Virus record (IMG/VR): IMGVR_UViG_3300046791_000370
Location: 1-59,183 of that record
Direction: 5' to 3' (one strand)
Source: a virus
Lineage: Duplodnaviria; Caudoviricetes
DNA length: 59,183 bases
The notes under the pieces were generated by a model. That model did not search any database and was not told the origin of the DNA. It saw only the letters and a program-made list of their open reading frames with translations. Positions 44,116 through 52,214 of the stretch are shown one piece after another. Within the stretch, counting starts at the first letter, position 1. The number at the start of each line of letters is the position of its first letter. The position numbers were made by a program, and so were the translations under genes.

Positions 44116-46078
44116 GGTCAACATCATCCTAGACGCGGTCCAGCGCGGGAAAACCCCAGCGATGGTCCCGGTCTCGTTTCAGCCTGTCATGTTCACTCTA
44201 CCCTACGATCCGGGCAGGAACCCGGCCAAAGTCCTCAGAAACGACATGGGCGACCTCGCCTATTGGTGCCGCACCCTGGGCACCCACTCGGAAGTCTACA
44301 TTGCCCCGCGGGTCCTGATGGGCTCGGTGGGCCGGACCCCGGTCGCGGCGGCCGAGTCCTGGGCGCCGGCCCTGCTCAAGATGCTGCCCGCGTTCGTCAA
44401 CGCGCACCCGACCGACTTCATCGGGAGCGGCGGTGCGATGCTCGGCTGGTTGATCAACGGCAAGCGCCTGTCCACGCGCGGCAAGGGCACCCTGACCCTG
44501 GTCGAGGACGGCCCGGGCCGCCAGGTCTGGCTGGAGACGCGCACGGCGAATGGACACCACGTCCGCACGTTCTACTACTGCCCGTCGGGCTCGCGCCAGA
44601 TCGGCTTCACGTCCCTACTCACGTGGAGTGACAGCTCCTCGACGGCCTGGAGTCTGCCCGAGACGATCGCGATCGAGTGCCCGTCCTACTTCGTCATCGA
44701 CAACCTGCAAGAGCAGGGATGGTTCGGCGAGGGCAAGGGCACGAGCCCGATCAATGCCGACGGCAAGCAGACCTACATCGCGCGCCTGGAGCGCCTGGGT
44801 GACGGCCAGACCGTCGTGGCCCGCGGCACGATCCTACCCTCGCCCGCGATCGGCGAGCCGCAGGAGGCGCTGATCGGGCGCTTCGTCGCAGCGGCCACCA
44901 CGTTCCGCGCGATGGCCTCGGCCGCGGACTGGGCCGGCAAGTGGTTCGGCTCCGAGCCCTTCGTGGACACGGTCCCGTTCACGATGGACAGCTTCGTGGC
45001 CGAGATGTTCGGGCAGCGTCGTGCCGGGCTCGCCAAGAGTTCGGGCAACACGGGCGGCAGTGAGGAGTTCGGAACCTACCCTGCGCTGCCGCAATCGGCT
45101 CTGGCCTTCCTCCGGATGGAGCTGGGCGCCACGACGCCCTATCGCGGCATCATGCACTACGAGCAGGATGGCTCGCCCCTGCGCGCGATCGACCATCCGA
45201 ACTGGCAGACGTGGTGCGATCGTGCCCAGATCGCGTCGGGCTGGAGCCCGGACCGGCTCGGTAAGCAGGGCGACTACATCAGCGACACTGACTACAGTGG
45301 CTACACTGGTTTCGACTGGCAGCACATCAGCCAGAACATGGACCTGGCCTATCTGGCGCTCACGGGCGACTACGCATGGGAGCTGGTCTTCAAGGCACAC
45401 CTGGAGTGCCACGCGGCGAGCGTGTGGTGGTTCTGGTATGAGGCCACGCGCGGGCTCGGCCGGCGTTTGCAGAACTGGGTCAATGCCGACATGCTCGTCC
45501 CGGATGAGCGCTACCGCGATCTGAGCCAGAAAATCTGCTTGCAGGCGAGCCAGCAGTCACCCTCGCGCAATCTGCCCCTCGATCGGCCCGTCCGGTTCCT
45601 GAAACTGGGCGACGACTACTCGATCGGGGTCACGGATGGCTCCGTGGGCAACTACTGGGAGAACTCCATCTGTGCGGCGGGCGGCTACCGGGCCTGGAAG
45701 CGCTGGAACGAGCCCGAGATGCTCTGGGTGGCCCAGGAATCGAGCCGGACGGCGGCTGCGGCCTTCTTCATGGGCTCTGACAACAAGCTCCGGACGCTCA
45801 ACACGAGCCGGTTCGAGGCGCCCTACCACGTCGCGGGCACCAAATGGCCTCTGACGACCTTGGAAGGGGGCCCGGTGACCGACGCGCATGTGCAGACGCC
45901 GGCCGATCAGGGCGGATGGTATGCCTGGTATGTGGCCGGGCTCCAGGTTTTCCTTGCCGTCCCGCAGCGGGACCCGTCGGAAGTCGCGGAGCGAACGGAT
46001 GCTCTGCGGTTTTTGGGCCTTCTGAAGGCATTCGGGGTGTTTTTGAACCCCTACAACAGCAGGATGGCGCTAATATAG
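44114..46078 (+). CDS. large Trp/Tyr-rich hypothetical protein
   Basis: 654 aa; TGATACACT box 6 nt before the ATG. Confidence 0.8.
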   Translation: MVNIILDAVQRGKTPAMVPVSFQPVMFTLPYDPGRNPAKVLRNDMGDLAYWCRTLGTHSEVYIAPRVLMGSVGRTPVAAAESWAPALLKMLPAFVNAHPTDFIGSGGAMLGWLINGKRLSTRGKGTLTLVEDGPGRQVWLETRTANGHHVRTFYYCPSGSRQIGFTSLLTWSDSSSTAWSLPETIAIECPSYFVIDNLQEQGWFGEGKGTSPINADGKQTYIARLERLGDGQTVVARGTILPSPAIGEPQEALIGRFVAAATTFRAMASAADWAGKWFGSEPFVDTVPFTMDSFVAEMFGQRRAGLAKSSGNTGGSEEFGTYPALPQSALAFLRMELGATTPYRGIMHYEQDGSPLRAIDHPNWQTWCDRAQIASGWSPDRLGKQGDYISDTDYSGYTGFDWQHISQNMDLAYLALTGDYAWELVFKAHLECHAASVWWFWYEATRGLGRRLQNWVNADMLVPDERYRDLSQKICLQASQQSPSRNLPLDRPVRFLKLGDDYSIGVTDGSVGNYWENSICAAGGYRAWKRWNEPEMLWVAQESSRTAAAAFFMGSDNKLRTLNTSRFEAPYHVAGTKWPLTTLEGGPVTDAHVQTPADQGGWYAWYVAGLQVFLAVPQRDPSEVAERTDALRFLGLLKAFGVFLNPYNSRMALI

Positions 46079-46085
46079 GGTCACC

Positions 46086-46313
46086 ATGACTCTTGTCCAC
46101 GAACCAAACCGGATTCCGCCCGAGCGCGCGCTCACGGCGGATGGGCTGGGCCCCTATGTGACCCCCGCTCTTTTCAAGGAGTTCCATTCGCACATGGAAC
46201 TCGACTCCTTCAACGGCTTCATCCACGAGCTGCCCTACACGGTCGACCCAGAGGGCGAGACCGCGGTGAGCTGGTTCGATTACGAGCGGTGGCTCGACGC
46301 GAGGCTCCGGTGA
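46086..46313 (+). CDS. hypothetical protein
   Basis: 75-aa ORF in operon context. Confidence 0.6.
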   Translation: MTLVHEPNRIPPERALTADGLGPYVTPALFKEFHSHMELDSFNGFIHELPYTVDPEGETAVSWFDYERWLDARLR

Positions 46314-46513
46314 AAGAACGCATTCGCAGGGCCATCGCCGAAGCCTGGAACGCGGCGGCCGGTTTGGACCCCGAGCAAACGATCGAGTTCTTCGACAAGC
46401 TCCGGGGAGAGATCACGTCCGAGGTCGCGAAGCTGGAAGAGCAGGAGGAGCGCGCGGCCATCGAGCAAGAGCAGGAATACCCCTGGGAGCAGAACGGCGG
46501 CTACGACCGGTAG
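46310..46513 (+). CDS. acidic hypothetical protein
   Basis: GTGA overlap with the previous ORF. Confidence 0.6.
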   Translation: MKERIRRAIAEAWNAAAGLDPEQTIEFFDKLRGEITSEVAKLEEQEERAAIEQEQEYPWEQNGGYDR

Positions 46514-46523
46514 CCGCAGCACA

Positions 46524-46598
46524 CAGGTTGTATCATATGCGGTAATGTCCCGGACTGTGACTCCGGGTAAGCGGATTCGAGTTCCGCCGACCTGACCA
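46524..46598 (+). tRNA. trnH: tRNA with GUG (His) anticodon, no G-1, C1-G72, A73
   Basis: CAGGTTG/CGACCTG, D-arm TCAT-ATGCGGTA-ATGT, CCGGA-CTGTGAC-TCCGG, GCGGA-TTCGAGT-TCCGC, A-CCA. Confidence 0.88.
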
Positions 46599-46603
46599 CT
46601 CAC

Positions 46604-47059
46604 ATGGCCATAGTATTCTTTGAAGGAAAGGACTCAGACATGCCACGAACGTTCGTTGGACGTGCGCTAACCCTCAACGAGGCCAAAGCGCTTCTGCCCC
46701 TCATCAAGGCCATCGCCGCCGAGCTGCACGATCGTGCGGCCGAGAAGCGCCGGGCCGAGGTCACTCTGGACAGCCTAGAAAAAGCGCGCTCGCCCGAGGG
46801 CCTGTGCCTGTCGCGGGCCGAGCTGCAAGACTCCATCGAAGCGTCTGAGGCCGGCATCGCCCGGGGCCGGATCGAACTGGAGCGGCTCGGAGTCCAGCTC
46901 CAGAAGCTGCGCCCGGTGACTATCCACATCCCGGGTCGGTCCCAAAAAGATAGACTCGTCTTCTGTTGGCAAGAGGGCGACTCGACCATCAACCACGGTC
47001 ATGCACGGGGCGAAGAAGACGATCCGCGCCGGCCGCTCCGCATTACCAAGAAGAAGTGA
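46604..47059 (+). CDS. DUF2203-family protein
   Basis: TLNEAKALLPLI, ELERLGV, LVFCWQEGD..I.HGH...RRPL. Confidence 0.75.
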   Translation: MAIVFFEGKDSDMPRTFVGRALTLNEAKALLPLIKAIAAELHDRAAEKRRAEVTLDSLEKARSPEGLCLSRAELQDSIEASEAGIARGRIELERLGVQLQKLRPVTIHIPGRSQKDRLVFCWQEGDSTINHGHARGEEDDPRRPLRITKKK

Positions 47060-47080
47060 TACCATTCCCTACAACCAACC

Positions 47081-48178
47081 ATGAGTGACCACACAATCCG
47101 TGTCATCCGAATCCAGGCTGTCGCGCCCTGGCCCAACTCCGACAAGCTCGACCTGATCCGAGTCGGTGGCTACATCACCGCTACGGCCAAGGGCACATAC
47201 AAGCCCGGCGACCTGGCGGTGTTCATCGATCCCGACTTCATCGTGCCGACCAAGCACCCGGAGTTCGACTTCCTCCGCATCCACCAGGACGGCCGCCCGT
47301 TCCCGGAGAAGACCGAACACCGCGTGACGGCCCGCAAGCTGCGCGGCACCTGGTCCGAGGGCCTGCTCATTCCCGCGCGCAAGGGCTGGCGTGACGGCCA
47401 GGACGTCGCCGGCATCCTGGGCATCATCCGCTGGGAGCCGCCGGTCAAGAACCAGTCGCCCGCGCCCGTCAAGCGGACGCTGCTCCAGCGCCTCTTCCGG
47501 AAGAAGAAGCCGACCTGCGCGCCCGCGCTCACGATCCCGGACTATGATCTGGAGTCGACGAAGCGCTTCAACACCCTGTTCGACCTCCTGGTCGCGACGA
47601 ACGACGTGTGCTCGACGGAGAAGATCCACGGCTCGAACGCGCGCTATGTCTTCAACAAGGGCCGGTTCTACATGGGCTCCCACCACACGTGGAAGCGCAC
47701 GCCCTATGTGCCGAAGGTCCGCAACTTCCTGCGCAAGCTCGTGGGCAAGCCGCCGATCCCGAAGGTCGGGACCAACTGGTGGTCGCATGCCGCCGAGACG
47801 CATCCGTGGATCGAGACGTGGTGCCGCGCGAACCCGGGGCTCGTGCTCTGGGGTGAGGTCTTCGGCCCGGGCATCCAGGACATGACCTACGGCGTCCCGA
47901 GCGGGTCGATCGGCTTCCGGGTGTTCGACGTGTTCGACCCGAAGCAGAATGTGTTCTGGCCGGCCAGCATGCTCGTGTCCGAGTTCCCCAAGGAGCAGGT
48001 CGTCCCGATCTTCATGGGAGTGATCGAGTCCGAGGGCAAGTCGCACATCCCCGGCGCGGATCACCTGCGCGAGGGCATGGTCTACCGCGGGTTCATGAAG
48101 GACCACCGCTCGGCGAACCTGCCGCGCGGCCGGCTCGTGCTGAAGGCGGTCTCCAACGCCTACCTCACACGGTCATGA
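47081..48178 (+). CDS. ATP-dependent RNA ligase (DRB0094/Rnl5-like) with N-terminal OB-like module
   Basis: PNSDKL, KLRGTWSEGL; TEKIHGSN (I), WGEVFG.GIQ (III), FRVFDV (IIIa), REGMV (IV), LKAVSNAYL (V). Confidence 0.92.
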   Translation: MSDHTIRVIRIQAVAPWPNSDKLDLIRVGGYITATAKGTYKPGDLAVFIDPDFIVPTKHPEFDFLRIHQDGRPFPEKTEHRVTARKLRGTWSEGLLIPARKGWRDGQDVAGILGIIRWEPPVKNQSPAPVKRTLLQRLFRKKKPTCAPALTIPDYDLESTKRFNTLFDLLVATNDVCSTEKIHGSNARYVFNKGRFYMGSHHTWKRTPYVPKVRNFLRKLVGKPPIPKVGTNWWSHAAETHPWIETWCRANPGLVLWGEVFGPGIQDMTYGVPSGSIGFRVFDVFDPKQNVFWPASMLVSEFPKEQVVPIFMGVIESEGKSHIPGADHLREGMVYRGFMKDHRSANLPRGRLVLKAVSNAYLTRS

Positions 48179-49519
48179 ACCCTTCTCTGGAACTCTACCG
48201 GGAGCTGATGGCGGCCGTGGCCGCCGTCGGCCACAAGGATCGGGAGCGAGCCGTGGTCGTCGCGGCTTGCCTGCCCGAATACAAGGAGCGCGAGACCGAC
48301 GCGCTCCGCATCGGCCTGTCGGCGGTCCGCACCGGCCTGGTGAACAAGTTCAACCTGGAGCCCGGGGAGCTGCGCGAGATGCGCAAGACGCTCCGGTCCG
48401 CGATCCCACACCAATACTTCAAATGAGCACCAAACTCCTGTTCGAGTTCAAAGGGCAAGCCCGTGATTACATTACCAATCATCGACTGGCCGGCGATCGG
48501 TGGTGGTTGGCCCTGGTCGGAGACTACATCGAAGGCAAAGGCTTCGGCGGCAGCAAGGTCTGGTGCTACTCCGTCGGCCTGGGCAAGCCGCCCGCGGACG
48601 CCGTCCATGTCGAATACATCGGCGAGGATCGACCCGAGATCAGGCCGCAGCTCCAGTGCGACATCGGGGAGTCGTCATGCTGAACGAGGCCGCAATCTTC
48701 GCTGCCGTCGTGCGCTGCGCACCTGACAAAATGGCACTCCCCGAGGCTGTCAAAATGGCAGACCGGGTCGTGATCGAGCTGCTGGGCCCGACCGAGCTGA
48801 AGGTCGAGAAGGGCTTCCATGACGGCCGGGACACCATGGAGGTCTCCACCCTGCCCCGCCGGGCCACCCTGGCGATGCAGCAGCCCAAGCCTGAGCCCTA
48901 CATCGCCCCGGACGCGCCGCGCGAGCCCAAGACCTACGAGGAGGCTCGGGCGATGGGTCTGTATCCAGACGAGCCGCCGGACCTGGGCCCGCTCTCGGGT
49001 CCGCCCATGAACCCCTCGATGCTGAAGTTCCCACCGCCGCCCGCGGACCTGCTGGCGCCCAAGGATATGTGCAAACTCAGGGGCACCGACCCGTGCCCCT
49101 CATGATAGGATAGACACATGGACATCAAACTGTTCAAGCCCAACACACGGCTCGTGGAGCTGCATCTCGAAGAGTTCGAGGCGCTCCGTCTGATCGCAAC
49201 CCTGGACCTGGTGCGCGGCAGCGCGGCGCTGGACGAACTGAAGAGCGTCTTGATGACGGGCTTCGACGTCGAGGAGCCGGACCCGAACCAAGTCTTCAAG
49301 GAGCACTTCTCGCCCGGCGAAGTGTTCAACTTCTCGGACACCGACGAAGAGGCGCAGCAGCTTTCCTTGGCCCGGGCCGAGACCGCTGCGACCGAGATCG
49401 GCGAGCGCCAGGCGGACATCGCCGAGAGCGAGGAAGCCGCCGCCGAGGCAGAGCTGGAGCGCGAGATCCAAGATGAGACAGATCCGAACGCGACGGATGA
49501 CGCGGACGGGGATCAGTGA
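48175..49519 (+). CDS. four small hypothetical proteins (48175-48426, 48423-48683, 48677-49105, 49118-49519)
   Basis: Tightly coupled ORFs with genome-typical codon use. Confidence 0.6.
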
Positions 49520-49552
49520 TATCATCCTCCAACCAACCCAAGGACCACAACC

Positions 49553-49861
49553 ATGAAGAAGGGTAAGAAGATCAAGGGCAGCTACAAGGCTGCGTCCCGC
49601 TCGACGACGAAGAACACCAAGTGGACGACCGTCCGCGTGTCCGAGGACACCGCGACGACCGTCAAGAGGGCGCTCGCCGCGTCCCGAGCGAAGGGCACGG
49701 GCCTGACGCTGACGATCGACCGCCTCGTGGCGGAGGCCGTCAAGACCTGGTGCTCGTCGAACAGCATCAGCGACCGCACCCTGGCCTCGACCAAGGTGCC
49801 CACCGACGGCCGCTCGGCCGGAGCCCAGGCCCGCGCGGCGCTGGCGAACAAGGCGGTCTGA
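49553..49861 (+). CDS. ribbon-helix-helix-like DNA-binding protein
   Basis: TTVRVSEDTATTVKR...TIDRLVAEAV; Lys-rich N-terminus. Confidence 0.55.
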   Translation: MKKGKKIKGSYKAASRSTTKNTKWTTVRVSEDTATTVKRALAASRAKGTGLTLTIDRLVAEAVKTWCSSNSISDRTLASTKVPTDGRSAGAQARAALANKAV

Positions 49862-49863
49862 CC

Positions 49864-50520
49864 ATGACCGAGCCCACCAACCTGCCGGCCGCTGACGGGC
49901 TCACCCCCGTCTGTGCGCCGGCGGTCCCGGCGGGCGGGCTCTCCGAGCCTGTCCCCGCCGCGGGCCCCTCGCGCGCCGAGGTCGTCAAGGCCACGCGCGA
50001 CTCCGCAGCCTTCCGCCAGTTCGAGGAAGCCTTCCTGGCCGCGCCCGCGCGCGTCTGCAAGCCCTCGATCGCCCACATCGTGTTCATGATGTCCGAGTTC
50101 CGCACGGAGCCCCAGCGGGCCCTGCTCTCGATCATCCATGAGGCCGTCAAGTTCGCCGTCCTGCCGAGCACGAATGCCGCGATGGACTCGCTCGCCTACA
50201 ACGTCAGCCGCTCGGCCGGCACGTTCCAGCCGATCGCAACCAAGACCGAGGCATGGTGCCGGGTCGTCTTCTTCCGCCTGGGCCGCCTTGCAGGCGCGCT
50301 CCACGAGCTGGAGAAGTTCGAGATGACCTCGCCGAGGCTCGAGCCTGATGGCACGGCCCTGACCGAGGAACATGCGAAGGAGCAGGTCGGCACCCGCCGG
50401 GCGCTCCTGATGAAGGTCTCGTCCGATGCCATGATGACCGCCACGATGGCGGCGTTCTGGTGGTTCCAGTTCAATGACAGCACGGGCGCCAAGCCCGAGG
50501 AGATCGTTTCCCATGAGTAA
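49864..50520 (+). CDS. hypothetical protein
   Basis: Start MTEPTN after the previous stop. Confidence 0.6.
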   Translation: MTEPTNLPAADGLTPVCAPAVPAGGLSEPVPAAGPSRAEVVKATRDSAAFRQFEEAFLAAPARVCKPSIAHIVFMMSEFRTEPQRALLSIIHEAVKFAVLPSTNAAMDSLAYNVSRSAGTFQPIATKTEAWCRVVFFRLGRLAGALHELEKFEMTSPRLEPDGTALTEEHAKEQVGTRRALLMKVSSDAMMTATMAAFWWFQFNDSTGAKPEEIVSHE

Positions 50521-50833
50521 CACCACCCAAAACGTCTCGCGCGGGTGCGGCCCGGCGAGCCTGCTCGGCATCGCGTTCGTTGTCCTGAAACTCTGCGGCG
50601 TCATCACCTGGTCTTGGTGGTGGGTTACGGCGCCCTTCTGGGGCCCGATCGCCCTCGTCCTGAGCATCCTGCTGGTCACCGCGATCATCGGGCTGGTCTT
50701 CATCCTGCCGGTGTCCTACCTGCTCAAGCGCAGCGCTCGCGTGCGCGATCTTCGCTGGAAGGCCCACATGGAGAAGTCGTTCGCTGCCGGCCGCGCTTGG
50801 GCTTCTCGCCCGCGCGTAAACAGGGGAGACTAA
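50513..50833 (+). CDS. phage membrane protein with WSWWWV.AP.W motif
   Basis: FVVLKLCGVITWSWWWVTAPFWGP. Confidence 0.75.
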   Translation: MSNTTQNVSRGCGPASLLGIAFVVLKLCGVITWSWWWVTAPFWGPIALVLSILLVTAIIGLVFILPVSYLLKRSARVRDLRWKAHMEKSFAAGRAWASRPRVNRGD

Positions 50834-50835
50834 CG

Positions 50836-51675
50836 ATGGTCACGCGCAAGTCAACATTGGCCAAGGCCAGGGCGGACGCCTCCAAGGAGTTCGTCACCCT
50901 CGCGCACGCCTATGACCCGGCCAAGCACGACGTGCGCGGCTGGCTCATGTCCGAGAAGCTGGACGGCATCCGGTTCCGCTTGGTAGACGGCAAGATGCTG
51001 TCCCGGAGCCAGAAGCCGTTCCCTGTGCCCCAGCAGGTCATCGATCTGATCAGTGAGGAGGTCCGTGGCCTTCCGGTCGACGGGGAACTATTCGCCGGCC
51101 GCGGGATCGCGAACTTCCGCAAGGTCTCTGGCTGGGTTCGCTCGTCCAAGACCTCAGTGGAGACCTACCTGGAGCAAATCCAGCCCTATGTGTTCGACGT
51201 CGTGGGCCTGGGCAGCTTCGGGGACCGGATGGCGCCGCTCATGGCCCGCGAGGGCGAGCTGGACTACGTCACGGTCGTGCCGCAGGAGTGCGTCCGAGAT
51301 GCGGATCAAGTCACGGCGCGGCTGGAGGATGTCCTCAAGATAGGCGGCGAGGGCCTGATGCTCCGCAACTGGGCAGTTCCCTACTACTATGGCCGCTCTT
51401 GGGACCTGCTCAAGGTCGTCAAGGACGAGCGCGCGGAGTTCGACGTGATCGACCACACCGCGGGCGAGGGCAAGAACGAGGGCGTGTGCGGGGCCCTGGT
51501 GTGCATCACCGAGGCCGGCAACGTGTTCCAAGTCGGGAGCGGCCTGACGGACGCCGACCGAAAATCACCGCCGCCTGTCGGCGCGCGTGTTACCGTTGAG
51601 TTCAAGGGCTGGACCGGGGGCGCCAAGTCTGTGCCCCGCTGCCCACGCTACATCGATCTGAGGACTGACCAATGA
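50836..51675 (+). CDS. lig: ATP-dependent DNA ligase (minimal)
   Basis: SEKLDGIR, DGELF, VFDV, GEGLMLR, LLKV, VGSG, PRCP; start at ATG 50836. Confidence 0.93.
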   Translation: MVTRKSTLAKARADASKEFVTLAHAYDPAKHDVRGWLMSEKLDGIRFRLVDGKMLSRSQKPFPVPQQVIDLISEEVRGLPVDGELFAGRGIANFRKVSGWVRSSKTSVETYLEQIQPYVFDVVGLGSFGDRMAPLMAREGELDYVTVVPQECVRDADQVTARLEDVLKIGGEGLMLRNWAVPYYYGRSWDLLKVVKDERAEFDVIDHTAGEGKNEGVCGALVCITEAGNVFQVGSGLTDADRKSPPPVGARVTVEFKGWTGGAKSVPRCPRYIDLRTDQ

Positions 51676-52214
51676 CATCTGACCAAACCACTGTCGTCGA
51701 CCCGCTCGACATCACCATCAGCCCAACCTTTTGCAAGGTTGCCGGTTACTACCAGGACGCAGAACGCTACACTAGCGGTCTGGATGCCCTTCGCACCCTC
51801 ACCAATGAGGACGAGTCTCCAGAGCTGTGGAAGCGTCTGGGCTGGTTCGCTGCCAAGTATGCCGACTTGGCAGGCGTCGGTCGATCCGAGGGCTTGAAGC
51901 TCATCGCGATCGAACGCGCGCGCCAGATCGCCAAGTTCGGCGATCAGACCGCCCGGCCGGATCAGGACTGGTTCGAAATCCTCATGGAGGAGGTTGGTGA
52001 GGCTTCGCGCGAGAAGTGCGAGCTGATGGACTGGAACCGCAAGGTCAACAAGACCTTGCAGGGTCTCGGGGGCGATACCCGGGACGAGGCCGAGGCTACA
52101 CTGGCGCGCAGGCGCGATCAGCACATGGCCGATTTCAAGAAGGAATGCTTGGAGGTCTCCGCGGTGGCCTTCGCTTGGGCGGACGCGATCCTGCGTCGGG
52201 CTGGCCGCCGATGA
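51672..52214 (+). CDS. MazG-like NTP pyrophosphohydrolase
   Basis: ERARQ..KFGDQ, ILMEEVGEA, KECLEVSAVA.AW. Confidence 0.7.
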   Translation: MTSDQTTVVDPLDITISPTFCKVAGYYQDAERYTSGLDALRTLTNEDESPELWKRLGWFAAKYADLAGVGRSEGLKLIAIERARQIAKFGDQTARPDQDWFEILMEEVGEASREKCELMDWNRKVNKTLQGLGGDTRDEAEATLARRRDQHMADFKKECLEVSAVAFAWADAILRRAGRR

